A stretch of DNA of 64,000 bases from a virus (Duplodnaviria; Heunggongvirae; Uroviricota; Caudoviricetes), in the IMG/VR virus record IMGVR_UViG_3300044675_001501, positions 1 to 64,000 of that record; one strand, 5' to 3'. Positions 48,401-59,000 of the stretch are shown here, piece by piece (the stretch's first letter is position 1; each line of letters starts with the position of its first letter). Under the pieces are notes generated by a model that was not told where the DNA came from, searched no databases, and saw nothing but the letters and a program-made list of their open reading frames with translations. Made by a program: the position numbers and the translations under genes.

Positions 48401-51400
48401 AGCATAATATGTCTGACCAGAAACAAGAGCAGTTTGTGTTACACCATCTTTGTCAACATAAGGAGCAGTTGCGATTGGTGTAGCTGATCCAGGTCTATAG
48501 ATTAGAGAAGTTCCATCTCTGAACTTATGGTTCTGAATTCTAATGTAGTCTTGTGTTGTGTTTACTTCAGTGTTTGTAAACGACTTAGTGTTGAATGGAA
48601 TGTTCGAACTTGTCGCAACAACAAAAGTTGTTGGATCAGGAATATCCTCAATAACATAAACACCATCAGCATCAGAAGCTCTAGTAAACACGTGAGTTCC
48701 ATAAGACTTAAATGCAACATTGTCGCCAAGATTCTTATTAGAACCAGTAAAGACTAGAGGTCTTGATTCAGCTGTATACGCAACAGGTAGAGGTGTAGTA
48801 AAATCAAGCCTCAATGCCCAATTGGTTGCGGCATATGGTGGAATAGAACCTAAGAATGTTCTTGGTGGTAGTCTATTAAAGTTAATGAATGTTCCACCGA
48901 ACATACCAGCATGCGTTTGGTTCAGAGTAACAGTAATGTTAGGTGCTGTTCCGCTAAACGCTGTAACATATGTGCCAACTGGGAACGGACTAAATGTAAC
49001 TCTCTGACCAGCAGTAACACCACCGTGGATATCGCTGATAGTAACTGTTGTTCCACTAACTGCAGTTACTGTTACATTTTCTGGGAAGTTAGCCTCTGGT
49101 GAACTTACATATAGACCAGGAATAACAGCACCAGCAATAGTGCCAGTAATAGAAGCATTAGATAGAGCAACAGTTGGTGATGCGCCAACAGTAAAGGTGT
49201 TAAGGATTGGATCAATATCAGTGATCAACAACCCTGTTGCTGCAAGAGTACCAGTACCAGCAGTAACTGCAACAGTCATACCAGTGTTCAAACCAACCGT
49301 TGAAGGAACACGAATAATTGAAGTTGTTGGTGTGCTAGAACCAATACCTGCTGCAATAACAGTACCAGCAAGTCTAGTTGCTGGAGTATTACCAGCAGTA
49401 ATTACACCAGTTGTTGCGTTCGCAGTACCAGTAATTAGAGTTGGTTTTAGTGGGTTAGTTGTTACGATAGACTGAATAACTGTTTGTGTTGCATAGTTTG
49501 TTGCAGTCGCGAACGCACCCTGTCCACCAGTAGCTGTTGAAATTAGAGTTAGTAATTGACCAACTTTAAATCCTGTTGCGCTTGGAACATAGATATCGTT
49601 AGTTAAGTTAGTTCCTGTTCCGCTTGAAACACCAGCGATGAATCTAGCGCCAGATAGTGCAGTAGTAGGAGCATCAGTTAATACAAATCTATTGCTGTCA
49701 ATAATAGCAGCAACTCGAGTATTATTAGCAAGAGCTCCAGCACTGCTAATACCACCTGTAGTAATAGCACCAGTAGCCGTAACTTCAACTGCCATACCCT
49801 GAACTAAACCAGCAGTGCTACTTGTGTAGACCATGTTGCTGTTTAATGTCATTGTACCAGTAGCAGTTGTTAATGTCTTAACAGTACCAGCTACACCACC
49901 AGAAATAGTTTCTGAAACAGTGAAGGTAGTTGCGCTTAGGATCTGCTTAACATAGTAAACAGTATTTGTTAGGATAGTACCGAATGTTGTTCCAGTAAAT
50001 ACTACTGGGGTGTTAACTTCAATATTTGCAGTATTGCCAGAAGTTGTAATAGCATTTGTTACTGAAGAAGTTGCAGTACATGCTAGAGTGACAACTACGC
50101 TACCAGCACCAGCGATAATTCTCTGTCCAAACAATGGTGTTGATGGCGTTTGGTTAACCGTGAATGATTTTCCATCAACTGCAATAGATGTAACATAGGT
50201 AGCTACTGGAGTTGTTACTAGAACGCCAGCTGATCCTGCTACGTTAGTTGCAAGAACTGGAACCATACCAACTTGAAGACCAGTTGTGCTATCGCAGAAA
50301 ATACGATTACCAACAGAACCGAAACCACCTCTAATGATTGAGGTGTTAATTACTGGTTCATCTCCAGTTGTCGAACCAATACTACCAACACGATATGTGT
50401 CTGATGCAAAAACAGTTTCATCTAGATTGTTGTTAGCATCTTTGTATCCAACAATAAATGCAACAGAGCGATATGCTGCTGGGCTATCAGGAACAGTTCT
50501 CTTAGAAACAACAACAGAGCCTTGTGGAAGCCCAGCTGTAAATCCAGCTGTTGTAGCATTAACGTGGTGACCTTCAGTTAGAGTACCGCCACCAGTAAAG
50601 CTGTTACCCCAGAAAATATTACCACGAATATATTGCTGAGAACCAGAACCGTATGTTGTTAATGGAATAGCTGTATTACTTTGGGCATTAACCAAAGATG
50701 ATGCTAGTTGAATGTAGTTTGCATTAACTTTAATGATATAGTACAAGTTACCATTCGTTAATCCACCAATATCATTACCACCGTTGCTGAAATAGCGAAC
50801 TGGGTCGCCTGTTAGATATGGGTGTTGTGGTAGACGAATAGAACTTAGAATAGCCGAAGGTCTTCCGTCAGTGCTTGTATAAACATCATTACCAGAGTCA
50901 GCCTTGAACCCTCTAATGTTAGAGAATCCGCTAGTTCCAGCAACTGCACCAGTAGCAAGGAATACTGCACTACTATTAAATGGAACTGCTGAAGTTACAG
51001 CTGCTGCAGTCTGAACTCTATTTTCTGTATAGATGTTAGCAGTTGAGCTAACTTCGAAAGTATTACCTTCACCAGCAGTAGCTGCAAAAGTTGTAGTTGA
51101 TCTATTACCATCAACATACATATTTACCGCTAGTCCAGTATTTGACTTAACAGTAAAAGTATTAGTGTTTGCAGTAGCAGTAGCTGCAGCAACAGTTGAT
51201 AGGTTAGGTGTTGCTTGTGTTACTTCTTGACCTGCTTGAATCTTAAAGAATGTATAAGATCCAGCAGTAGTAGTCGCAGTATGTGGGGCTGTCAACTCAA
51301 TTTGAGTTGGAGAAAGAATTCTCTGAATTCTAGCGTCTAGATTAATACCAGCGCCAACAACTGGCATACCTGGTTTCAATTCTAATGTGTCAGGAACAAT

Positions 51401-54400
51401 CAAAGTGTATTGATTGATTAAACCTGCATTAGCAGCTAGGGTCTTAGTAACATTAGTGATTTGGGTTGCAGTAGCAACTGTTGCCGTTGTCGATACAGCA
51501 CCAACTATTCCTGCCGCAACAGCTACGTTATTTGCTCCACTATTAGCATCATGCCCAACTGAAGATAGAAGATCAGCTTGAGCAGAGGTTAGAGCCATAA
51601 CAACAATAGAATCTACGTCTATTGTTGCAGACTCATCTGATCCAGTTTGAGCGAAAGTGAACGTATTAGTTCCAGTTGTTGTAATTGTAACAGGAGATGA
51701 AGTATTAAACGAAGTTGTTGGCAACCCCTGAATCATTACAGTTTGTGAATTATTGTAACCATGAGCTTCTTCTGTTGTAATTGTAACAATATTAGAAGCT
51801 CTTACTGCGCTCTGAATATCTCTTGGCTTGAACAAGATTCTTGCTGTTCTAATGTTACTTCCTGTTACTGCAGAAACTTTTGACTCGAATGGAAGAACGC
51901 TACTAGACTTAACTAGATGATTTGTAACAATACCACCACCATTAGCAGAAGGAGTCTTCTTGTCTAATAGTCCATCAATTGCTTTCAAGGTAGTAAATGT
52001 TTTACCAGCAGGAACTGGGGTAATAATTGCACGTCTAGCTGTTACGTTAGCAAAGTCAACATATTTGTAAGCAATACCATACGTTACACCAGTCGCAGCG
52101 TTTTGAGTTACTGCTGGAGCAGGATTAGTAAATACTGGAATGTTAACTGTAATTGTAGAAGGGGAAGCATTAATTACTGGAGTTGCTGGAACAGTAGCAA
52201 CAGTCCAGAATCCATTCATATAAGGAACTGGATTATCACGAATAATAATCGAATCACCAACAGCCAAACTGTGGTTGGTGTTAAAGGTAATCGTCATTGT
52301 TGACGCATTAGCAGTTTTACTTACAGCAGTTATTCCTAGTTCTTGAGTTGTTGTTGAAACTCTAAAGTTGTCAGTATTAACTGCTTTAACGAAGTATTCA
52401 AAGGTGTTTCTCAAACCGTCAACAATTGGAGCACCAGCTGAGTCATAAATGACTGTTTGGTTTGCTAAGAATCCATGATTTGGTTTATAAACAGTGTTAG
52501 CTGTTGCTGAATACTTAACACCAGTAAAGGTGTGAGATCCAGTGCCAAATCCTCTTAGATCAATTAAAGTTCCTGTTGCTCTGTCTTTTAGTTTAAAGCG
52601 GTCGTCAGAAACTTTTTCAACTAGATAACCATTAGAACCAGCAGCAGCCAAACTTGTTGCGCTTGGGCTCTGAATTGCAGTATCTGTTGCAGTATATAAA
52701 ATGTAATCGTTATTTAAGAATCCATGATTAGGGATATAGATAGAATCTGATTCTGCTAAAAGAACAATAGGTGTAATGAACACCTCACCATTAGTTCTAG
52801 CTCCAGGTGTAACTAGAGGATTTGCTGGTCCTGTTGAGAATGTTAAATCAAATCCAGAATTTGTTACAGTTCTAACAAAATAAATTGTGTGAGCAGTATT
52901 ATTAGTTGTTGCATCAGTAGCATTTGTTACTGTAGTATTGGCAAGAGCGCCATTAGCTGTATTATTTGTTACAATAAACGCATCACCAGCAGCAAGACCA
53001 TAAGGGACTCCGCTAACCGATGCATTTAATGTCATAACACTTCCAGCAGAACTTACGAATCTGAAGGATCTTGTTGCTACAAACTTTCTACCCTCAAGAA
53101 TAGTTCCAGTGTTTAGAACAACCCTAGCATTAGAGTTTGTCTGGCTGTATACTGTAGGTAGAGCTGTTGCTAATAAAGCAAAATTATCATCGTCGATTGG
53201 ATAAACGAAATAATTTCTAGATGCTGTTAAAGCAGCTGGGAATGTGTTTCCTGGTGGATTATAGAACCATAGAGCATCACCAAGAGCATATCCGTGACTT
53301 GGTACATTAAAGCAAGAAACTCTAATATTTGGCTGTAGGTTTGCTGCTGTTCCAGGATTGTCAGAGAATGTAATCTTCTGACCATGAGTAATGTTAGCGT
53401 TAATGTTAGCGCTAATTTGAACAGTAACAAAGTTATTTACATCTGGCGCACCAACTGTGTTAACTGTAGCATTGGTTGGGATACCAGTTCCGCTAACAAC
53501 CATTCCAGGATAAATCTGTTTATCGTATAGAGTAGCTTTAAATGTCAACTGGTTTGTCGAACCGCTTGCTCTTGTGCCGCCAGAAAAACCAGAAAGATCA
53601 AGAGCTCTTGTTTCCTGATAAGCGAGAGCACTAATAGATGAATTTCTATCATATGCCCAACCAGCATCAACAACAGAAATTGACGATACACTAGAACCTG
53701 TTACTGTTGTTGAGAACACTGCTGGAGCTGCTGAAAATCTTTGAGCAGTTCCGACGCCACCAGAGGTATATGTAATTACGTTGGTGTTATTTAATGCATC
53801 ATTTCTAGTTGGGTGTAACTGAATTGTTGTTGCTGATAGATTTCTAACATATAAACTTAAACTACTTGCGATGAATACATTTCCTGGCAAGAATCTACCA
53901 GTAGCGTTGTTAAAACAACCAGAACCAATATTAGTAAACTTGATGAAGTTTCCACGTAGAGCATCTGAGTATGTAGCAGCAAGTCTAAAATTATCCGCAT
54001 CAATTCTAATTACAAAATACGGAGTAGAATCAGTTAGACCACCAATAACTGCTAGTGCTGGAGAGTTAGCGTTAACTGTTCCAGAAGCAGTTACAACTCT
54101 TCTGTAATAAACTCTATCTCCAGTAACAAATCCGTGATCATCAGTTCTGATGATGCTTGTTTGAGAAGAGATAGAAGCTGCGTACCAAGCAGTAGTAGCA
54201 TTAAAACTAATACCTGTTGAAAGGTTATAAGGGAACTCAATAACAATTGTTAAGATATTGTTTTGAATTTCATAAGAAGAAATTCTAGTTCCTTCTGGTG
54301 TTAATAATGTAGGAGCTGTTGTAGTCGTAGCGCTAATAGACCAAAGTCTTAATTCCTGACCAATTTCAATCTTACCATAATAAGATAATGGATCACAAGT

Positions 54401-55813
54401 AATTAAAGCTGTCTTTGCGCCGACGCTTGCGCCACCGAAACTAGCGCCAGTACCAAATGCAGCTGGAGAATATCCAACTTGACCATCAACAACACTTGCT
54501 TCGCCCATAAAACGACCATTAGATGCCCAGCTGTATGGATCTCTAATTACAGGTGTGCTACCGATAACTGGGTTAATATTCGCGCCTTCCATGTGATACT
54601 CGACACGATCACCAGTATTAAATGTATGAGTAGATGTAGTAATTCTACCAGCATTAGCACCAGTTCCAAGAGTAACACCACCTGCAGTAAATGTAATAGA
54701 GTTTACGTTTGCTGTTGTGCTTCCACTAAAGAATGGGACAGCAACAGGAGCACTAACATAACCTGCGCCACCATTGACAATTCTTGCTGAAGAAATTGGA
54801 GCATTTAATGTAGTGTTGATATTGCTGTTGTCGAAATATAACGTACCCTTACCAACAAATCTGTATGGGGTTACTGATGTAATTCTGTAGTCTAATACAG
54901 ATTCACCAATAGAAGTTGATGTTGTTGTTTTCTCAGTTGTTATTGTATCATCAGAATTAAAGTTTTCAATAGGGATATCTTGACGATAGATAGCAACAGT
55001 ATTGAGGAAATAGAACGGTGTATTTAAAGAGAAACCGTGTGGGAATTTAGTTTTAACAATTAGATGTGATGGGTTTAAACCATTTGTTTCAATATCAGCA
55101 ACAGTAATCTGCGAACCAAAATAGAATGCGCCTGGAATAACTGCAGTATAAACAGTAGATAGTTCTAATGTTGTTTGTGGGGAGAATGTTAACTGATATG
55201 TAAACTGACTTGTGCTGATGACAGCAGTAACAATATAACCACCCTCGAATTGAGAGTTAGCCAAACCAGTAATTTCAAATGGGGAGCCAGCAGTTAATCC
55301 ATGACTTGGAGCTGTAACTAGAACAGTTGAGGAACCTTGTGTTGACTGAACAGATGTTACTGAGATTGCATTCGCACCGTTTCTTGAATAGAATGATGGT
55401 ACATTATTAACAAGTTTCAGAGTTTCCCATTTTGTGGTTTGTAAACCATATTCAAAGTCAGTATCGATAAGATTCTCTGGCTGAGAAATACGTATCTTAG
55501 AAACTGGATCGATGAATGGATCTTCAGGGCGAATTTCTGTTGATTCATTTTCAACTAGAACCTGAAGTGTATCGGTATTTAAAACATTAAGCGCAGCTAG
55601 AGACTGTCTAAAGACAAATTTAGTTTCATGTGTATCTAAATCGTATTCTCTAGTAAGAACACCAGATCCTTCATCCGCGAAGTTATAGATAATTCTGTTT
55701 GTAGTTACATCAGTAATAAGCAATAATCTTTGCAAGAGAATATTGCCATTGATGAAAATAGCATTATTATCTCTATCAATTCTATATCCTGTTGCTAATA
55801 GTTTCTTAGCCAT
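45419..55813 (-). CDS. giant virion structural/fibre protein (3464 aa), paralog of 30558..39899
   Basis: Uninterrupted 10.4 kb ORF. Conserved N- and C-terminal modules are shared with the 3113-aa protein. The central region is divergent. Confidence 0.85.
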   Translation of the reverse strand: MAKKLLATGYRIDRDNNAIFINGNILLQRLLLITDVTTNRIIYNFADEGSGVLTREYDLDTHETKFVFRQSLAALNVLNTDTLQVLVENESTEIRPEDPFIDPVSKIRISQPENLIDTDFEYGLQTTKWETLKLVNNVPSFYSRNGANAISVTSVQSTQGSSTVLVTAPSHGLTAGSPFEITGLANSQFEGGYIVTAVISTSQFTYQLTFSPQTTLELSTVYTAVIPGAFYFGSQITVADIETNGLNPSHLIVKTKFPHGFSLNTPFYFLNTVAIYRQDIPIENFNSDDTITTEKTTTSTSIGESVLDYRITSVTPYRFVGKGTLYFDNSNINTTLNAPISSARIVNGGAGYVSAPVAVPFFSGSTTANVNSITFTAGGVTLGTGANAGRITTSTHTFNTGDRVEYHMEGANINPVIGSTPVIRDPYSWASNGRFMGEASVVDGQVGYSPAAFGTGASFGGASVGAKTALITCDPLSYYGKIEIGQELRLWSISATTTTAPTLLTPEGTRISSYEIQNNILTIVIEFPYNLSTGISFNATTAWYAASISSQTSIIRTDDHGFVTGDRVYYRRVVTASGTVNANSPALAVIGGLTDSTPYFVIRIDADNFRLAATYSDALRGNFIKFTNIGSGCFNNATGRFLPGNVFIASSLSLYVRNLSATTIQLHPTRNDALNNTNVITYTSGGVGTAQRFSAAPAVFSTTVTGSSVSSISVVDAGWAYDRNSSISALAYQETRALDLSGFSGGTRASGSTNQLTFKATLYDKQIYPGMVVSGTGIPTNATVNTVGAPDVNNFVTVQISANINANITHGQKITFSDNPGTAANLQPNIRVSCFNVPSHGYALGDALWFYNPPGNTFPAALTASRNYFVYPIDDDNFALLATALPTVYSQTNSNARVVLNTGTILEGRKFVATRSFRFVSSAGSVMTLNASVSGVPYGLAAGDAFIVTNNTANGALANTTVTNATDATTNNTAHTIYFVRTVTNSGFDLTFSTGPANPLVTPGARTNGEVFITPIVLLAESDSIYIPNHGFLNNDYILYTATDTAIQSPSATSLAAAGSNGYLVEKVSDDRFKLKDRATGTLIDLRGFGTGSHTFTGVKYSATANTVYKPNHGFLANQTVIYDSAGAPIVDGLRNTFEYFVKAVNTDNFRVSTTTQELGITAVSKTANASTMTITFNTNHSLAVGDSIIIRDNPVPYMNGFWTVATVPATPVINASPSTITVNIPVFTNPAPAVTQNAATGVTYGIAYKYVDFANVTARRAIITPVPAGKTFTTLKAIDGLLDKKTPSANGGGIVTNHLVKSSSVLPFESKVSAVTGSNIRTARILFKPRDIQSAVRASNIVTITTEEAHGYNNSQTVMIQGLPTTSFNTSSPVTITTTGTNTFTFAQTGSDESATIDVDSIVVMALTSAQADLLSSVGHDANSGANNVAVAAGIVGAVSTTATVATATQITNVTKTLAANAGLINQYTLIVPDTLELKPGMPVVGAGINLDARIQRILSPTQIELTAPHTATTTAGSYTFFKIQAGQEVTQATPNLSTVAAATATANTNTFTVKSNTGLAVNMYVDGNRSTTTFAATAGEGNTFEVSSTANIYTENRVQTAAAVTSAVPFNSSAVFLATGAVAGTSGFSNIRGFKADSGNDVYTSTDGRPSAILSSIRLPQHPYLTGDPVRYFSNGGNDIGGLTNGNLYYIIKVNANYIQLASSLVNAQSNTAIPLTTYGSGSQQYIRGNIFWGNSFTGGGTLTEGHHVNATTAGFTAGLPQGSVVVSKRTVPDSPAAYRSVAFIVGYKDANNNLDETVFASDTYRVGSIGSTTGDEPVINTSIIRGGFGSVGNRIFCDSTTGLQVGMVPVLATNVAGSAGVLVTTPVATYVTSIAVDGKSFTVNQTPSTPLFGQRIIAGAGSVVVTLACTATSSVTNAITTSGNTANIEVNTPVVFTGTTFGTILTNTVYYVKQILSATTFTVSETISGGVAGTVKTLTTATGTMTLNSNMVYTSSTAGLVQGMAVEVTATGAITTGGISSAGALANNTRVAAIIDSNRFVLTDAPTTALSGARFIAGVSSGTGTNLTNDIYVPSATGFKVGQLLTLISTATGGQGAFATATNYATQTVIQSIVTTNPLKPTLITGTANATTGVITAGNTPATRLAGTVIAAGIGSSTPTTSIIRVPSTVGLNTGMTVAVTAGTGTLAATGLLITDIDPILNTFTVGASPTVALSNASITGTIAGAVIPGLYVSSPEANFPENVTVTAVSGTTVTISDIHGGVTAGQRVTFSPFPVGTYVTAFSGTAPNITVTLNQTHAGMFGGTFINFNRLPPRTFLGSIPPYAATNWALRLDFTTPLPVAYTAESRPLVFTGSNKNLGDNVAFKSYGTHVFTRASDADGVYVIEDIPDPTTFVVATSSNIPFNTKSFTNTEVNTTQDYIRIQNHKFRDGTSLIYRPGSATPIATAPYVDKDGVTQTALVSGQTYYAVVVDPNFVKLAPTFDEAVSPTPTTIDLTAGTNGSQSFDTYSIVGLTRGLGTVVVTEESDIITGIGTKFLTNFKGGDVLRFYTAANPGKIFNYIISSVKSDTSIKLRSPITPDAIVKVNLIIDRTVSAGAAVTTGSQTITVNNAADLAVGYYLFDSNGRFKANTRITAINGNILTISEYLNSSFAAGNAISIQPVFEYFINTNIYVKSNATTAHRPFDGGVTMTTGLVPDSSVVRQTRKYFRYQSGKGIQVSIAINFNPPTDCEELTSNENIAKIKVDSPHGFKPGTTNRIRVSEATVASGHNGYNGQFDILEVVDEYTFTYVYEDTPLFGTVTNGTNTIGSVWNLNGVAVGKTIKAGTYGGITIPANTIITDVNTNTKVLTLSNTVVGSSPTVGISSISRLNDTVTVVTSSSHGLVTGNYISISGTGVGANFNGFSAPVTVVDSTTFTYTQAGVNITENSGTVIKQIRLPIYRQNGSSVAYGFPKFNLVSWKDAAVRCGLFDTQNGMFFEYDGQQLYCVRRSSIQQISGRINATYRSSLITGEKTKFTTQLSVGEYVVIRGMSYKIIGIDSDTQMYIQPEYRGSTLTNIIGTKTIDTKVPQNQWTLDKADGNGRSGYVLDLNKIQMVYIDYSWYGAGKIRFGVKDQRGEVRYFHEFIHNNEFVEAYMRSGNIPARYEVVTFGEPTFSPQLFHWGTSVIMDGRFDDDKAYLFTADSNVITLTNGGTQIVASLASTNINRGDDFILVTNANSSKFIVGSSVSVQNDFNNFYLPANTLVKSVSIVAGTTNSRVILTQRFRNNITGVGASGQNFIVGGGTSNQSISALAPVPLVSIRLAPSVDNGLTGGLGFRDVINRMQLTLNSCGVLLTHESEIKLFLNSDLSDSNFVNNTAPSLSQIYRHSPGETIKNGIQLFSFRASGGSIISATTGQRSLVQTTAELGEVAQLGNSILGGDETFPNGPDILTITATPIDTSTINGSAPFQASARITWSESQA

Positions 55814-55835
55814 TTAGTTCCTCTGTTCCAAAAAG

Positions 55836-56063
55836 TTATGCTAGTGCAACTGCAAGCGCAATTTGTAATGATTGTGGGTTAACTGAATCCCATCCCGATC
55901 CATTGTATACTTCTAATTTTCTTACAGTTTCATTATAGCGAACCTGACCAGCTTCTGGGCTCCCAGTTCTTTGTGCTGTAGTTCCTCCTGGCATATCAAC
56001 AACATCGCCTTGTAGTTTGATGTTTGATTGCAGAGAACCTGATTTGATTTTACTGATCGCCAT
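55836..56063 (-). CDS. small protein with hydrophobic C-terminal tail 'IALAVALA'
   Basis: The short ORF sits between two large structural genes. Its C-terminus resembles the 59965..60183 product ('IAITLALG'). Confidence 0.4.
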   Translation of the reverse strand: MAISKIKSGSLQSNIKLQGDVVDMPGGTTAQRTGSPEAGQVRYNETVRKLEVYNGSGWDSVNPQSLQIALAVALA

Positions 56064-56083
56064 GTTTTCCCCTGAAGATAGTA

Positions 56084-59000
56084 TTATTTAGCGGACATAT
56101 AAGTGAAACTTAGATTCATAAACGCTGAATTTGTAAGAGAAGTGTGAGTTAGTGGAATCCATCTTCCTGTTAACAAGTTGGTATATCCAAGTCTTACGAT
56201 GTTTGAAGATTGTGGAATAACAGCCATTGCTGGTCCAAATTGTTCTGTTGATTCATCAAAGTTAAATCCAAAAGATTGCTGAGTAACACCATATGATTGA
56301 TACGGTAGACCAATAATAGTCAACTCACCAAGAGAAGTTCCAAATTGAATTAAACGAATTTGGATATTTACTGTAACAATTCTTCCAGTTTTAACATATT
56401 GACCAATATTATTTAGGTAGATTAACCCAACAGAATTTCCACCAATTCTTAATTGTGGAGTAAACGAACCAACTTCTTCATTTACGTTTCTACTTACTGT
56501 ACTAAAACCAAGATGTTGAATAGTAACTTTTTCCCCAGTAGATCTTGGTGTAACAAACTCGATAGAATCCGAGCTACCAAGAACAGCAACAGCTGTCGCT
56601 GCGACTAGAGGAACATCTCCAGACTGCGGTGTTACCACGACAGTTGGGGTATTTTCGTAACCTGAACCCTGATTCGTTACTGCTATACTTGCAACCCCAT
56701 ATCCCAGTCTTGCAGTAGCAGTTGCTCCGCTACCGCCACCACCAGAGAATGATACTGATGGAATGCTTGTGTAGGAAGATCCAGGACTAATAACTGTAAC
56801 AGCAACAACCGATCTAGCAAGTGTTACTGTTGCAGTTGCTGTTGTTGTATTAGTGTCGCCAACTTGTGGTGTAATTGTAACTTGAGTGCTTAAATTATAT
56901 CCAGAACCTGCGGTGTTAACTCCAATGCTTGCGATTCCATACCCAAGAACAGCAGTAGCAGCAGCGCCAGAACCATCACCAGTAAATGAAACTGTTGGGG
57001 CAGAAGTATATCCTGAACCTCCAGAAAGAACAGTTAGATTCTTAATAGAACCTGTTGATACTAGGTTTGCTGTAGCAGTTACGCCAGTTCCTGACCCACC
57101 TGAGAAAGAAATAGTAGGAGCAACAGTATATCCAGATCCACCAGCAGTAATTGTGATAGAAGCAACAGCAAAACCTAGTGTAGCAGTAGCTGCTGCACCA
57201 GATCCACTTCCAGTAAATGAAATCGTTGGCGCTGATGTATAACCAGAACCATTATTGGTAATTGTTAATGATGCTACCGCGAAACCTAGTGTAGCAGTAG
57301 CTGCTGCACCAGATCCACTTCCAGTAAATAAAATCGTTGGCGCTGATGTATAACCAGATCCACCAGCAGTAATTGTAATAGAAGCAACAGCAAAACCTAA
57401 AGTTGATGTAGCGACTGCGCTGGTTGTTGCTGCCTGAGCGCCAGTATCAGTAATAACAACTGTTGGCGCTGAAGTGTAACCTGAACCGCCAGCAGTAATA
57501 TTTAAACTAGCAATTGTGTAACCAAGAACTGCTGTAGCAGAAGCTCCATTACCGTCACCAGTAATTGTAATTGTTGGTGCTGAAGTATAACCAGTACCAT
57601 TATTTGAAAGCGTAATAGAAGCAACAGCATAGCCAATTACTGCAGATGCGGTAGCTGGGTTTGTAATTGTATCGCCTGGATCAGCAGTAATAACAACAGT
57701 TGCTGTGGTATAACCAGAACCAGCATTAGTGATGGTAATTCCTGTAATTGTTCCACCAGAAACTGTTGCAGTAGCAGTAGCGCCAGAACCATCTCCACCA
57801 AATGTAATTGTTGGAGCAACAGTATATCCAGCACCACCGTTAGTGATATTTACTTGTTTAATTCCACCTGTTGATGATAAGGTTGCAGTAGCAACTGCGC
57901 CAGAACCACCACCTCCAGAGAAAGAAACAGTAGGAGCATTTTGATAGTTAGACCCACCGTTGTTTAACGCAATTCTTTTTACGTTAGCAGTAGCAGATAA
58001 TGTTGCGGTAGCAGTAGCGCCAATACCAGAACCACCACTGAAAGAAATAGTAGGCGTAGCTTCGTAACCTGCTCCAACATTACTAAGAGTTAATGATTTA
58101 ATTACACCACTAGAAGCAAGAACAGCATCTGCTGTTGCGCCACTACCATTACCGCCAGTAAATGTTACAGCAGGTGCTTCTTCGTACAATGTCCCACCTG
58201 AAGTAACAGAAGCAGAAACAACGCTACCTGATGTTGCTAAAGTTGCAGTAGCAGCAGCATTGCTTCCATCACCAGTGAATGAAACTGTTGGTGCTGTTGT
58301 ATAACCAGAACCACCGTTGCTTAGTGTTAATGTTTTAAGAGCGCCAGCAGTAGCTAATGTTGATGTTGCTGTTGCTCCAGTTCCGTTGCCACCAGTAAGA
58401 GTAACAGTTGGCGCTGATGTGTAACCAGAACCACCACTGTCAACTGTTGCGGTGTTAACCGCAAATCCTAAAACTGCAACTGCGGCAGCGCCAGTTCCAC
58501 TACCACCTGTAAAGTCTACGGTAGGAGCGCTGCTATAACCAGAACCAGCATTATCTAATGTTAGAGATTTTAAAGAACCAGTTGTTGTTAGAGTTGCTGT
58601 TGCTGTTGCGCTTGATCCACCACCACCTGTAAAGGTAATAGATGGTGCTGAAGTGTAGTTTGCTCCTGGATTTGTTACAGCAACAGAAGCAATTTTACCA
58701 GTAGATGCTAGAGAAGCCTCAGCTACTGCGCCCTCACCAGCGCCACCTGAGAAAGAAACTGATGGTGGTGTTGTATAGTCATCTCCACCGTTATTTACCG
58801 TTACACCTTTAACAATACCAGTTGTTCCTAGTGTTGCTACTGCTGTTGCTCCAGAACCATCACCAGTGAAGGAAATTGATGGAGTCTGCTCGTAACCTGT
58901 TCCGTTATTTGTTATAGAAACAAGTTTTACAGATCCAGTAGTTGCTAGAGTAAAATCCTCAACAGGAGTTTGAACTTGACCATCAACCGAAACCAAAAGT

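Noticed and set aside
751-57944. Numerous + strand ORFs in the six-frame track, for example 751..1050, 10212..10826, 35416..36003, 40616..40978, 49140..49475 and 56886..57242.
   Set aside because: All lie antisense inside long minus-strand genes that have clear homology or coding-like composition. No RBS or promoter context supports them, and the window shows complete strand polarity.
56600-58950. Regularly spaced near-identical DNA repeats that resemble a CRISPR-like array.
   Set aside because: The repeats are in frame inside a long ORF and encode protein repeats. There are no unique spacers and the period is not constant.
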